A stretch of 64,000 nt of DNA from Candidatus Magasanikiibacteriota bacterium (GCA_023246655.1 JAHFHX010000002.1:31693-95692); one strand, 5' to 3'. Positions 17,074 to 28,983 are shown, counted from the stretch's first letter. Numbers and translations: made by a program. Notes: generated from the sequence alone by a model not told the origin.

Positions 17074-19392
17074 TTACTGATTCTGAATATCAATAGTGAC
17101 TTCGGTCATATTCTGAGCTTCGCTCTTGGAAATTTTAATCTGATAGGTTTTTTCTTGTTGTGCTTTGAGACCAACTTTTTCACTAACCGCATATTGTTTG
17201 AGCTGGCCTTGAGGAGAATTGAGAGAAACCGTGGCATTAAAGCCGGCCGTTGGTAATAATAGACTATCGTTCTTTACCGAAAATACTAACCGATACTCAA
17301 AACCTTTGCCCTTACCAACAGGGACAACCTTTCTCGCGACATGAGGGGTTTGGTTAATCACCACGCCTCCATCGAGTGAGATCTCAAAAACATTATTATT
17401 CTCGTCGCTTTCGAATACCTGATCGACAGAATCAATTTTAACTCTCACTTTAGATACCGTATCACCCGCTTGCTTCAATGCTTCCAGTACATTGCTAACC
17501 GGCATATAAAAAATTTCTGGTTGGAGCTGGTTATGCCCGCGCACCTCTTTAGCACAAAATTTTGGCTTCGGATTTCCTAAGTAGTCGGTATAGTCCACCA
17601 CCTTGCCATCCTTAAGCACAAATTCTACGCTACAGTATACCCTTCCAAGGATGGGAAAAGGAAAGGTGCTCGAAAAACTCACTTCCGATACGGAGGGAGG
17701 CCCGGCATGCTTGAACAAATCAACTCCCAGTATTTTAAAGTCTCCTGGCACCGGCACCTCAACCATATTATTCTCCGGGTGCTTATCCTCGGCGTAGGTT
17801 TTTACATTAACTGAAAACCGAACGCTTTTTACTTGACCGCGGGTTTTTTGGAGGGCCAGCGGCAAATTAGGCACTTTGATGTACAATGGTTTCTTAAAGG
17901 GAAGATTTGGATAATAATTGGTGGGCACATTGCGGTAAATACATTCTTTTTGTTTATCTTTATCTAAGTAGTTTATATAATCAGCGGTTCTACCGTCATT
18001 AAACATAAGCTGCGCGTCACATTTTACCCATTCTAATGGGTACGGAAAAGAATTAGTAAAAGCAATCTCCGAAGATGGTTCGGCATCCGGTCCTTTAAAT
18101 AAATCTACTTCCACTACTTCCAAATCTCCCGTCAGGGGAATTTCAATAACATTATTATTTTCATTGGTTTCACTTACACTGTCCTCTTCAGTTCCATCCG
18201 ACTGTTTAATTTTTGGATCAATGGTAAATCGCATTTTAGCGGCAACACCGCTCATTACTTTTAACGCCTCGCCAAATCTAGGAACAATCAGCGTTAACCG
18301 ATCGGGGTTAACAATCATGCCGCTACAAGCGTTATACAAAAATTTATCAACTAGTACCTCCGCGTAATTTCTAATTTTGCCATCAGCATACACAAACTCA
18401 GCCTTACAACTGAGGCCTCGAGGAATGGGAAACGTACTCTCTACAGTAATTTTGGCTGATTTCTGAAAAGCTTTGTCAATAATACCCTCAGTCTCCACTT
18501 TTACTAATTTAAAATCACCTGTTGTGGATATTTCATACCCATTGTTGGTTTCGTCACTTTCAAATACCATGTTAGTATCATCGATAGTAAACTTAATTTT
18601 AGTAGCATGGCCGCCTATATTCCCGCCGAGGAGTAGGTTAGGGAGATAGCGAACGTAAAAATAGATTTCTTTGGGATTACTGCTGTCGACAATACACTTT
18701 GCTTCTTTTTTTAATGATAACCCCTCTACCGTGGTCATGCCGCCAAATAAGGAAGCGTAATTAACCACGGTAGTGGTTGTCATACCACCAAGTTTTTGGG
18801 AATATTTGTAGACGGACTCAATTTCTACTTTGCAGGTTACATTTTGATTGATAGGCTCCCCAAACGTGCTGGCAACCGTAATTTTTCCGGCGGGAATAGG
18901 TTTATTAGTGGTATTATCGGTATTCCACAATTCTACCCGCTTAATTGATAAATCACCGGCGTAGCTTACCGAGCGATTATCGTTTTCATCACTTTCGGTA
19001 ATGGCGTCCAGGTTGTCGGCTTTTATTTCAATACGGGCCACATCTTTATAGGCAGCGGCTACGTTCCGAGTAACAGCTCGCTGAGCGTTAACCTTAAGAC
19101 TCCCCACTTTTTCCGTGAAAACAATATTCTTGCCATTCCTTAAAACAACCGTTTCGGCAACCTGAAAAGCGGTAGCATCAAAGTCGGTGCTCGAAAGAAT
19201 ATAACTATAGGTAAATGATGGGTCATTAAGATTTACAACCGCGCTTTTTACTCCTTGAGAGAAGACAATATTAGGAAATTTTTGTTGTTTTTCAGCCACT
19301 TCGCCTTTTTTAGGCGCGGCCATGGCTGGTACAACACTTAAAAAAAGAGCCACAATAATAGCCGCGGGAAATGATTTTTTTATAGTGCGCAT
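17074..19392 (-). CDS. Secreted multi-CARDB-domain protein (about 6 tandem about 110-aa repeats).
   Basis: Signal peptide. Repeats each end in an E(S)DExNN motif (ESDENDNRSV, ESDETNNGYE, ETNENNNVIE, EDKHPENNMVE, ESDENNNVFE). Confidence 0.6.
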   Translation of the reverse strand: MRTIKKSFPAAIIVALFLSVVPAMAAPKKGEVAEKQQKFPNIVFSQGVKSAVVNLNDPSFTYSYILSSTDFDATAFQVAETVVLRNGKNIVFTEKVGSLKVNAQRAVTRNVAAAYKDVARIEIKADNLDAITESDENDNRSVSYAGDLSIKRVELWNTDNTTNKPIPAGKITVASTFGEPINQNVTCKVEIESVYKYSQKLGGMTTTTVVNYASLFGGMTTVEGLSLKKEAKCIVDSSNPKEIYFYVRYLPNLLLGGNIGGHATKIKFTIDDTNMVFESDETNNGYEISTTGDFKLVKVETEGIIDKAFQKSAKITVESTFPIPRGLSCKAEFVYADGKIRNYAEVLVDKFLYNACSGMIVNPDRLTLIVPRFGEALKVMSGVAAKMRFTIDPKIKQSDGTEEDSVSETNENNNVIEIPLTGDLEVVEVDLFKGPDAEPSSEIAFTNSFPYPLEWVKCDAQLMFNDGRTADYINYLDKDKQKECIYRNVPTNYYPNLPFKKPLYIKVPNLPLALQKTRGQVKSVRFSVNVKTYAEDKHPENNMVEVPVPGDFKILGVDLFKHAGPPSVSEVSFSSTFPFPILGRVYCSVEFVLKDGKVVDYTDYLGNPKPKFCAKEVRGHNQLQPEIFYMPVSNVLEALKQAGDTVSKVRVKIDSVDQVFESDENNNVFEISLDGGVVINQTPHVARKVVPVGKGKGFEYRLVFSVKNDSLLLPTAGFNATVSLNSPQGQLKQYAVSEKVGLKAQQEKTYQIKISKSEAQNMTEVTIDIQNQ

Positions 19393-19622
19393 AAATTTAG
19401 TCTAACAACAGAAATATAAACCCTTATTTATAATACCATACACCTGCTAAAATAATGAAGTCACTTGGGGACTTTTTCCAATTTCTTAGCCAAATTGTAC
19501 GATATAGTATCAGACGTATAAAGAGGCTTTTTCTTACTTCAAAGGGAAATAAAAAAACGCCCCAACTGACTCGGGACGTCTTTTTTTGCTTAGTACTTAG
19601 AACTTATTTGCTTAGTACTGGT

Positions 19623-21296
<1,674 letters not shown>

Positions 21297-21303
21297 TTAG
21301 AAA

Positions 21304-21408
21304 TTGTCATTCCGAGGAGCGAGGAACAAGTGACGTGGCGATCTCCCCGACATGAGACATCGACGGGGAGATTGCTTCGTCGTCGTGCGAGCTCCTTCTC
21401 GCAATGAC
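21304..21408. repeat. Family-A palindromic element inserted between groES and groEL.
   Basis: gtcattccgaggagcgagg...gatctcccc...ggggagattgc...ttctcgcaatgaca. Confidence 0.7.
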
Positions 21409-21410
21409 AG

Positions 21411-21689
21411 TTATTTGACGACAGCAAGAATATCCCCTTGCGACACAATCTTATATTCCTCTTTCTCGAGTTCGACCTTATCCCCCCCCCAGCTCTTGAG
21501 CAAAACTACATCGCCTGCCTTTACATCCATTGCTTGGCGCTTGCCATCATCCATCATTTTGCCAGGGCCGACTGCTACGACTTCGGCTTCGGGCAACTCT
21601 TTTTCATTGGTGAGAATGATGCCGGATTTAGTTTTTTCCTCTTTTTTTTGTTTGACGAGAACGTTATCTCCGAGTGGTTGTATATTCAT
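21411..21689 (-). CDS. groS: Co-chaperonin GroES.
   Basis: MNIQPLGDNVLVKQ...AVGPGKMMDDGKRQAMDVKAGDVVL. Confidence 0.95.
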   Translation of the reverse strand: MNIQPLGDNVLVKQKKEEKTKSGIILTNEKELPEAEVVAVGPGKMMDDGKRQAMDVKAGDVVLLKSWGGDKVELEKEEYKIVSQGDILAVVK

Positions 21690-21801
21690 AAATTTAAAAA
21701 ATATTTAATTGTTAAAAATGTGCGAACGTACGAATGGTACGAAATTTACGAAAGCTTCGTCTCTTTCGTATTTTTCGTAATTTCGCACATAATTTCGACC
21801 T

Positions 21802-21828
21802 TTATCACTCTTATTATTTGAGTGCTAA
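21802..21828. promoter_or_regulatory. CIRCE heat-shock operator (HrcA binding site) upstream of groES.
   Basis: TTATCACTC-N9-GAGTGCTAA versus the consensus TTAGCACTC-N9-GAGTGCTAA. Confidence 0.75.
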
Positions 21829-21873
21829 TGCGTATGCATTTTACTCTAAAATCAAAAACTGTCAAGAGAGCTC

Positions 21874-22467
21874 TTGAGTAAATTTATCCACAAGAAAATT
21901 TCGCTCAAAATATTGTTTTATGAGCCCAAAGCTGCTATGCTGATAATACTTATTTCCTCCATATTTATGGACCGACACCCTGCACTACAACTTGAAAAAA
22001 CTGAGGCTGAGCACCATTTAGAATATGAAAGATGCTGGCAAAAATTAGTAACTGCTGCCCAAGAAGAGCGTCAGCATAGTGAATCGCATCGTAGCTTTAA
22101 GGTTGGTTGTGCAATGCTCGCCTGGAATGGAAAACGATATGAAATTTTTGCTGGGTCCAACTTTAAACCTCATAAAAACGACAAAACTGTCTGCGCAGAA
22201 AAAGAAGCGCTGAGGAAAATTCGTGAAAATGGTTTTGAACGGGTGATAGCGATTGTAGTTGTTTCCCAACACTCTCATACTGAGCCAACCCAAGAAGACT
22301 CAACCAAAACTCTGTCTCCGTGTGCGGAATGTCAACAGATGTTTCGAGACGCTCAGGAAATTAAACCGACCACAATACTTACTACCATCAACGATTCGAA
22401 CATGGACACTGCAAATCAGAGTGGTGGTATTATTCAAGAACGGACCGTGGCTGATGTAATAAAGTAG
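21874..22467 (+). CDS. Cytidine/deoxycytidylate-deaminase-family zinc protein.
   Basis: CAEKEAL (C/H-A-E) and SPCAECQQM (PCxxC) zinc motifs. Confidence 0.5.
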   Translation: MSKFIHKKISLKILFYEPKAAMLIILISSIFMDRHPALQLEKTEAEHHLEYERCWQKLVTAAQEERQHSESHRSFKVGCAMLAWNGKRYEIFAGSNFKPHKNDKTVCAEKEALRKIRENGFERVIAIVVVSQHSHTEPTQEDSTKTLSPCAECQQMFRDAQEIKPTTILTTINDSNMDTANQSGGIIQERTVADVIK

Positions 22468-23881
22468 AGCTCAAAGTCATCGCGAGCACAACCGTCCCCA
22501 TTATATGCCCCACATACATACTCCAGAGCCAGTGGTCAAAAAGACCGAGGATGAAGATTGAAATTAAAATTGGAAGAAAGAAACGGTTATGTTTCCAAAG
22601 CGCAGTAGCGCAGTAAGATAGTAGCGCGGTAGCAACGATTAAACCAATGATGCCGAGCTCGGCGAGAATTAGTAGATATATATTATGAATCGGCTGATAC
22701 TGCCATACGGGCAGTTTTTTGTTTTCTGAATAAAGAGCGTATGTATAGGCACCGGGGCCGACGCCAAGGAGCGGATGCGTTGTAATTATTTTTTTAAAAT
22801 TATGATATTGCTGGATGCGAGATGCTAGTGACATGTGTTCGAGACGGCCAAGGCTTTCCGTGCGGACGAGAAAGAGGGGTTTGAGAGCAAGAAATAAAAC
22901 GACGACTACGGCGGCGGAAAATAAGAGTGGACGAACCAACCCCCCCCCTTCATCCCTCCCCTTGTTGGGGAGGGCAACGTTCTCGTGCGGTTCTCCTACC
23001 CCTATCCCGCCGCAGCGGGACCCCGCCTCGATGGCGGTGGTAAGGGGGAGGGCGCAGGAGGGGGTTTTGTTGCGCCTCATTACAACTAACAACGTAATGA
23101 TCCCTACTACTACAGTTATCCACGCCGCCCGAGAGAATGATAACAGCAAGCCTGCTGTGACGAATAACTGGCTGACTATGAGGCCAACGCGTTTCCAGCT
23201 AGGCGGAGTTTTAAGATACACGATCAACCCAACGAGAAAAATAATCGCTAAAAATCCTCCCAAAATATTTGGTGATCCAAAACTACCGTAAGCCCGGAGC
23301 CAACGTTGATCACCAACCTCAATGACAAACGTGCCGAGTTCTTGCGCGGTGTGCGGGGCGATTCCCGAAAATGGGAGGTGAGAAATTGATTGAGTAAAAA
23401 ATTGCCAACATGCGAGGAGACCTTGCACGACACCGCCGAGCCAGAATGCGAAGAGAAGCGACGAAACGTTTCCCCTCTCCCCCGGGGAGAGGGACGGAGG
23501 GTGAGGGTTCGCCGTTCGCATCAACATAACACACAAACACGCCGCCCCAATTAATCGAAAAACAAAATTAAATGAAACACTTGGACTCAAACTATGAAAA
23601 ATTTCCAATATCAAATATCCAATAACTAATATCCCAATTGCTACATTTCGCTTATTCCCCTGCCCTGCTTTGACGCGTTGCCAAAATTCTTTTTGTCGGA
23701 ATAAATCGATCGCCGACAAGATGATAATTATCCAGAGCAGAATTTCTGTCGCGTACCAACTTCCACTTCCATATTCCCAAAATCCACTGTTTAAAAAACG
23801 TGGCTCATAGACGAAGCGGGTTTGCCATGGCAAGAGAAACAGAAACAGTATCAATAAATATTGGATTATTTTTTTGAGCAT
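22430..23881 (-). CDS. O-antigen-ligase/polymerase-like polytopic membrane protein with two in-frame GC-rich inserts.
   Basis: 483 aa with about 10 TM segments. Inserts at about 22925-23075 and 23455-23515 are CCCTCCCCttgttGGGGAGGG-type hairpins. Confidence 0.45.
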   Translation of the reverse strand: MLKKIIQYLLILFLFLLPWQTRFVYEPRFLNSGFWEYGSGSWYATEILLWIIIILSAIDLFRQKEFWQRVKAGQGNKRNVAIGILVIGYLILEIFHSLSPSVSFNFVFRLIGAACLCVMLMRTANPHPPSLSPGERGNVSSLLFAFWLGGVVQGLLACWQFFTQSISHLPFSGIAPHTAQELGTFVIEVGDQRWLRAYGSFGSPNILGGFLAIIFLVGLIVYLKTPPSWKRVGLIVSQLFVTAGLLLSFSRAAWITVVVGIITLLVVMRRNKTPSCALPLTTAIEAGSRCGGIGVGEPHENVALPNKGRDEGGGLVRPLLFSAAVVVVLFLALKPLFLVRTESLGRLEHMSLASRIQQYHNFKKIITTHPLLGVGPGAYTYALYSENKKLPVWQYQPIHNIYLLILAELGIIGLIVATALLSYCATALWKHNRFFLPILISIFILGLFDHWLWSMYVGHIMGTVVLAMTLSSTLLHQPRSVLE

Positions 23882-23965
23882 AGATTTGGGCGGGCGCTCC
23901 CAACTGTCATTTCGACTGAAAGGAGAAATCTTTCGAAGTGCTGATCTTGAAATTTATAAATAATA

Positions 23966-25072
23966 CTAAAATTGCCTCTCCGAAAGATCTCTCACGTTCG
24001 TTCGAGATGACAATTGTTGTATTTTCTCTAACCACTTATTTCTAATCGCAAGCCTTGTGTCATTCTCATGAAATTTTAATACCCCGTCCGCGATGACGAC
24101 TCCGTGGTCGTTTCGCTTGGCTTTTTCTTTAAGCGAAAATTTCATTTTCGTCAGTTGTAATTTTTTGGCTTCATTTTCAACTACATTACCATAACTCCCC
24201 TGCCACATTGCTTCCCAGGCACGTTTCCAGAGGCGACCGAGCCGAGTGTCAGCAACATTATTCTTGTCATTTCGAACACGTTCACTGCGTTCAGTGTAAA
24301 CTCCGTGAGAAATCTCTGGCTCACTCGACGACGGACAGAGATTTCTCCCGCCAGAGGCGGGTAGGCGTCGCGCTGTGTCCGCCTTTGGCGGAAGGCTCGC
24401 TCGGAATGACAAATTGGGTAAATATCGTTCTACCCATCGATTGGCCTGTAGAAATTTTTCATAATAATTTTCCGGATCATACACCGGCGTCATCATATTA
24501 AGCCAATAGGCAAAGTGGATGTCATCATCAGCGATTCTCCATGGAGCCAAATTGAGATGATCGATATCCACATAGAATGAGAGACAAATTCGATCAGCTT
24601 GATGTGCACCGTATGTCCTAAGACCAAACAGGCGTAAAATGAGATTAGTAAAAAACCGCACAATCCAAATTCGATTTTTATCACTCACTATAAAAAAATC
24701 AATATCACTCTCAGCTCGGGCCATAGCCGCACCAACGGAATTACAAACAAAAATTGCTTTGAGAAATGGTACAGAACGAATGAATTTAACAGCGCGGCGG
24801 GCAATAATTAATTTTTGGTCGGTAATTTCTGCGGCGCGTTGACGCTCAGCAATTAAATTCTCACGGCCGGGGAGAAAATAGTAACCACAGCCGAGTTTGT
24901 AGTTCATAGCTTTTAGTTCATAATTTGTCTCACCACAAGTGCTCATAAATTCTGCATGACCTATTCTGGGCGGCGTCCATAAATAGCAAAACAGCTCCTC
25001 GTGCATCAAAGGGAAATTAATAAGATCAAAATAAGTTAACGTTTTTACTATTGATTGATCTAATGGTTTCAT
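23966..25072 (-). CDS. Nucleotidyltransferase-domain protein with an in-frame family-B insert.
   Basis: GAAMARAESDIDFFIV (GS...SDxD minimal NTase motif). The insert reads PPKADTARRLPASGGRNLCPSS. Confidence 0.45.
   Translation of the reverse strand: MKPLDQSIVKTLTYFDLINFPLMHEELFCYLWTPPRIGHAEFMSTCGETNYELKAMNYKLGCGYYFLPGRENLIAERQRAAEITDQKLIIARRAVKFIRSVPFLKAIFVCNSVGAAMARAESDIDFFIVSDKNRIWIVRFFTNLILRLFGLRTYGAHQADRICLSFYVDIDHLNLAPWRIADDDIHFAYWLNMMTPVYDPENYYEKFLQANRWVERYLPNLSFRASLPPKADTARRLPASGGRNLCPSSSEPEISHGVYTERSERVRNDKNNVADTRLGRLWKRAWEAMWQGSYGNVVENEAKKLQLTKMKFSLKEKAKRNDHGVVIADGVLKFHENDTRLAIRNKWLEKIQQLSSRTNVRDLSERQF
24264..24412. repeat. Family-B palindromic element (GTCATYYCGA ... GAAATCTCTG ... 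CAGAGATT ... GCTCGCTCGGAATGAC).
   Basis: It shares the core gagaaatctctggctcac.gacgacggacagagat with elements at 36287, 37812, 41199 and 49720. Confidence 0.7.
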
Positions 25073-25106
25073 AGTTCCTTATCAGTATACTGTACTGAGA
25101 AAATTA

Positions 25107-25133
25107 AAAAAAGCCCTGCAAGGGCTTCTTTAG
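25107..25133 (-). terminator. Intrinsic terminator (GCCCTTGCAGGGC + T-run on the minus strand).
   Basis: aaaaaaaGCCCTGCAAGGGCttcttt. Confidence 0.55.
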
Positions 25134-25930
25134 TTTGAGAGCGATTCAGCACTCTTAACCGCCACATTTGATTCCTTTCCCGTAGTGTCCTTCTTCGGTA
25201 TGTGTTCGGCAGGTTGAACATTATACAGAAAAGCCATTCTCACCCCACCTAATTCAGTTTGGAATCCTTCGCAAGTTGATAAAGCGATAACGCGATGCTG
25301 ATTTTCTTTAAATAATTTCTCTATTTCTCCGCCTTTATGGGGCGTGACTACAAAACAATACTCGGTTCCAATATTGGTTGGATCAGTATGAATAGGACTA
25401 CGATTGAGTTGCTCACCTTTGAGTTCAGTTTGATGACGATTGATAATGTATTTTCCGGCTTGCTGCGGTTCCAATACAAATATTTCCGGCGTTTTGCTTA
25501 GAATGCCCGAATAAATGGCATCGTACAGCTTATTTAAGAATTCCAATTCACCCCGAACCGAGAATGACGTCTCAAGCACCGCCTGCCGCGCGGGCTCACC
25601 AATATTCTGCACTATCTGCTGTTCACTCGCTCCGCCCTTTGGTAAATTTTCAGCCACTTTGGATTCACGGTGTTCAACAACGAGCTTAACCGCTCCGGCA
25701 ATCCAAGAAATATCTTTACTTGTTATCGGTCGCACTCCTACCTCGTCAATGACATTCATTGTTCCGCCTTCTTTGCCAATAAAGGCTTTCCAATTTCCAA
25801 AGATATCAAGAAAAGCAGCTTCCTGTTCTTCTAATGAAGAACGATGCTCGGCGGTTTCTTTTTCTCCTATTATGTCTTTTTGCCTTTCTAAAGATCGGCT
25901 GGCCGAATCAATGCTATGTGCGAGTGACAT
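25130..25930 (-). CDS. Hypothetical protein downstream of yidC (Jag/KhpB-like position by synteny only).
   Basis: 266-aa ORF with no clear motif. Confidence 0.35.
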   Translation of the reverse strand: MSLAHSIDSASRSLERQKDIIGEKETAEHRSSLEEQEAAFLDIFGNWKAFIGKEGGTMNVIDEVGVRPITSKDISWIAGAVKLVVEHRESKVAENLPKGGASEQQIVQNIGEPARQAVLETSFSVRGELEFLNKLYDAIYSGILSKTPEIFVLEPQQAGKYIINRHQTELKGEQLNRSPIHTDPTNIGTEYCFVVTPHKGGEIEKLFKENQHRVIALSTCEGFQTELGGVRMAFLYNVQPAEHIPKKDTTGKESNVAVKSAESLSN

Positions 25931-25971
25931 ACGAACAATATACCATAAAGGAATTTACTCCTAGCTGCTCC

Positions 25972-26769
25972 TTATTTAACTATTTCTCCTTCAATTACTG
26001 TGCCACTTGATGGCGGAGTGTGAGTAGATTTTTTAGTAATGATAAGTTGTTGCAGCACCATGAGTGCCGTACTCAAAAACCAATAGAGCGTCAGCCCTGC
26101 CGGAAATCTAATACCAATAATAGCGGTCATAACTGGCATCATATACAGCATTTGCTTGTTCATCATGGCCGCCATGCCTTCGTCTTTTCCGCCTTCACCC
26201 GCTTCCTTCGGTGGCTGTTTTCGACTTAAGGTCTTAGCTTGGAAGAATTGGGCCACACCAGCGAGTAGTGCCAACACAATGCTGGGTTTAGCTAAATTAA
26301 TAAATCCGAGTGACATGGCATTAATAGTACCAGGGTTATGCACAAATGAGTATAGGTTCTCGCCTAACTTATTGGAGGCAAGCCCATCTCGGAGAACCCA
26401 AAAAAGAGCCAGGAGAATAGGAAGTTGAATAAGCATGGGCAGACAGGAACTCAGTGGGTTAATTTTATGCTTTTTATACAATTCCATTGTGGCTTGGGCC
26501 TGCTTTTGTTTATCATTGACGTATTCTTTTTGAATGTGCTGGAGCTTTGGCTGAAGCTCAGCCATGGATTTTTGGGCTCTGATGGAAGAGTTAGTTAGTG
26601 GATATAAGACAAGCCGTATCAACACCGTCACCACAAAAATTACTATACCCACATCGTGACCAGGAAGAATGTTGTACAACTCAACAAAAAGATTGAAGAT
26701 GGGCTTATAGAGAACGAGATGGAAGAGAGAAGAGATCATAACGAAAAAATGACAAATAACAAATTTCAA
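25972..26769 (-). CDS. yidC: Membrane protein insertase YidC (short form).
   Basis: ...KINPLSSCLPMLIQLPILLALFWVL...YMMPVMTAIIGIRFPAGLTLYWFLS. Confidence 0.85.
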   Translation of the reverse strand: MKFVICHFFVMISSLFHLVLYKPIFNLFVELYNILPGHDVGIVIFVVTVLIRLVLYPLTNSSIRAQKSMAELQPKLQHIQKEYVNDKQKQAQATMELYKKHKINPLSSCLPMLIQLPILLALFWVLRDGLASNKLGENLYSFVHNPGTINAMSLGFINLAKPSIVLALLAGVAQFFQAKTLSRKQPPKEAGEGGKDEGMAAMMNKQMLYMMPVMTAIIGIRFPAGLTLYWFLSTALMVLQQLIITKKSTHTPPSSGTVIEGEIVK

Positions 26770-26857
26770 ATGTCAAATAAAATTCAAAATCCAAAAATCA
26801 AATTTTGACATTTGAGTTTTGGGCTTGATTTGATATTTGTCATTTGGATTTTTGGAA

Positions 26858-28072
26858 TTAAACTTCAGTTTTAGGTGTTTCCTCGGCTGGCACTGCAACT
26901 TCTTCAATAGCTGCCGCTTCTGCCTCCTGGGCAGGCGCTCCCTCTTGCGCCACGTTGAGTTTCCATCCGGTAAGTTCGGAAGCGAGGCGGACATTTTGAC
27001 CACCCCGGCCAATGGCGAGGGAGTATTGCTCAGGAGCAACCAAGACGCGCGCAGTTTTTTCCGTTTCATTGAGCTCAACCTTCAGTACTTTTGCCGGCGA
27101 CAGAGCTTTGCTAATATACCCAGCGGCGTCGTCAGTATATTGGATTACATCAATTTTCTCGCCTCCCAGCTCGGTGATGATTGTGGTGATGCGACTACCG
27201 CGCTGCCCGATGCATGAGCCAATGGGGTCGATGGATTCATCACTGGTTGCCACCGCCACTTTGGAACGGAAGCCAGCGTCGCGTGCAATACCTTTAATTT
27301 CAATACGACCGTCGGCGACCTCGGGAATTTCTTCGGCAAAAATAGCTTTAACCATACCAGGGTGAGCACGGGACAAAATAATTTCTGGACCACGACTGCT
27401 CATTTCCACCGACACCACATACATTTTCATTCGTGCGCCCGGGCGATATCGTTCGGTATGAATTTGATGATCAGAGGGCATGATGCCAGTAATTTTACCC
27501 AGGTCAACTAAAACTTTCCGTCCTTCTACTCGTTGGATGGTCCCCATGATAACTTGGCCTTCTTGTGCTTTGAAATCACCAAACACCATGTTCCGTTCAG
27601 CCTCGCGAATTTTTTGGATAATAACTTGTTTGGCAGTCTGAGCGGCCATACGACCAAACTCGTGGGTAATTTCGAGCGGCATTTCTAAAACATCCCCGAG
27701 TTTGGCTTTTTTATTAAACGCAATAGCTCCTGCCAGCATCAACTCCAATTTTGGATTAAATCGTGGCAAATCCGCCGTTTCCTCATCAGTTAGTTCGCGC
27801 TCCTCCTCACGCGCTTTTTCTCGACGGACAGCTAATTCTTCCTGGGCTTTCTCCAGTACCTCCGGATCGATATCTGCCACCACGGTCTTAACATCCCAAG
27901 CTTGCATATCTCCTGTTTCCGGATCGAATTTAACTTTAATATTCTGCTGCTTGTTGCCAAAATCTTTACGGTATGCAGCCGCGAGCGCTGCTTCGATGGT
28001 TTCCATTACAGCCTCATACGATAAATTTTTTTCATCGCAGAGTGCTTGGATAGCTTTGGTGATCTCGGACAT
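26858..28072 (-). CDS. nusA: Transcription termination/antitermination factor NusA.
   Basis: S1 and KH regions (GIARDAGFRSKVAV, GRGGQNVRLASELTGWKLNV). Confidence 0.9.
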   Translation of the reverse strand: MSEITKAIQALCDEKNLSYEAVMETIEAALAAAYRKDFGNKQQNIKVKFDPETGDMQAWDVKTVVADIDPEVLEKAQEELAVRREKAREEERELTDEETADLPRFNPKLELMLAGAIAFNKKAKLGDVLEMPLEITHEFGRMAAQTAKQVIIQKIREAERNMVFGDFKAQEGQVIMGTIQRVEGRKVLVDLGKITGIMPSDHQIHTERYRPGARMKMYVVSVEMSSRGPEIILSRAHPGMVKAIFAEEIPEVADGRIEIKGIARDAGFRSKVAVATSDESIDPIGSCIGQRGSRITTIITELGGEKIDVIQYTDDAAGYISKALSPAKVLKVELNETEKTARVLVAPEQYSLAIGRGGQNVRLASELTGWKLNVAQEGAPAQEAEAAAIEEVAVPAEETPKTEV

Positions 28073-28344
28073 AACGTTAAGTGAAAAAATTAAAAATCAA
28101 AAAGAAAAATTATGGAGCCTGCCCACTGGCAGACAAATCGCTATGCAACAGTATTATAATCGATTTGCCAAGCAAACACAATTATTTTACATTTTGAATT
28201 TTTCTTTTTGATTCTTTATTAAGAAAGAGCACTCTTTTCAAAGTGCTCATGTTGCTTATCAATGATATCATGCATTCATTGTTCTTGTCAAGAACGTTTA
28301 ACAAGGATGACATACGGGTTATTTTTGAAATTGACGTAGCGGGA

Positions 28345-28983
28345 TTAAGTGGTTTGGGATGTTTCCAAATTCTTTCTATTTATCTGTGTTTGTTCAGGTT
28401 CTCTCATAATACCAAGATCGGCTAGATCAATGTGCCGTCGTCCCAGACGTTCTGCTAATTTGTTGCGGCCATGAAATAATCTAGACATAACTGTACCAAG
28501 TGGTATATCAAGCTTTTCAGCAATCTCCTTATATGAATTGCCGGCGGCTAATAAGCTTACCACCTCACGGAGAGCAGGTTTTAATGCACTGATTGCTGTA
28601 ATTATTTCTTGCCGCAATAATAAATCAGAGCGATCCGTAGTTTTTTTATCCAACGTCCCAGCTAATACAAATTCAGGATCGTCAACATTAGAGCGATGCT
28701 TTTGCCTACGTAAATAATCTATGATTGCATTCTCAGCTATCCTATATAACCAAGTTTTCACCCCACTTCCTTGTCTAAATGATTCTCGGGCTTCAAGCGC
28801 TTTGATGGTGGTTTCCTGCGCGATATCCTTGGAAAACTGGCCGCTGCGATCCTCAATTCTGTATTTATGCACCATTGCCTTGATCCTGCGCAAAAGTTCG
28901 GGAAATTCCTGGGCAATGGCCTCTGCGGACAATTGCTCCGGAGCTGAGACAGCAATATCGCTAATGGCTGGTCTTTCTAACAT
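28345..28983 (-). CDS. ECF-type RNA polymerase sigma factor.
   Basis: Region 2 KTWLYRIAENAIIDYLRRQ, and region 4 SYKEIAEKLDIPLGTVMSRLFHGRNKL. Confidence 0.85.
   Translation of the reverse strand: MLERPAISDIAVSAPEQLSAEAIAQEFPELLRRIKAMVHKYRIEDRSGQFSKDIAQETTIKALEARESFRQGSGVKTWLYRIAENAIIDYLRRQKHRSNVDDPEFVLAGTLDKKTTDRSDLLLRQEIITAISALKPALREVVSLLAAGNSYKEIAEKLDIPLGTVMSRLFHGRNKLAERLGRRHIDLADLGIMREPEQTQINRKNLETSQTT

Noticed and set aside
25130-25930. Calling 25130-25930 Jag/KhpB.
   Set aside because: The call rests only on its position downstream of yidC. No KH or R3H motif could be recognised by eye, so it is left as hypothetical.
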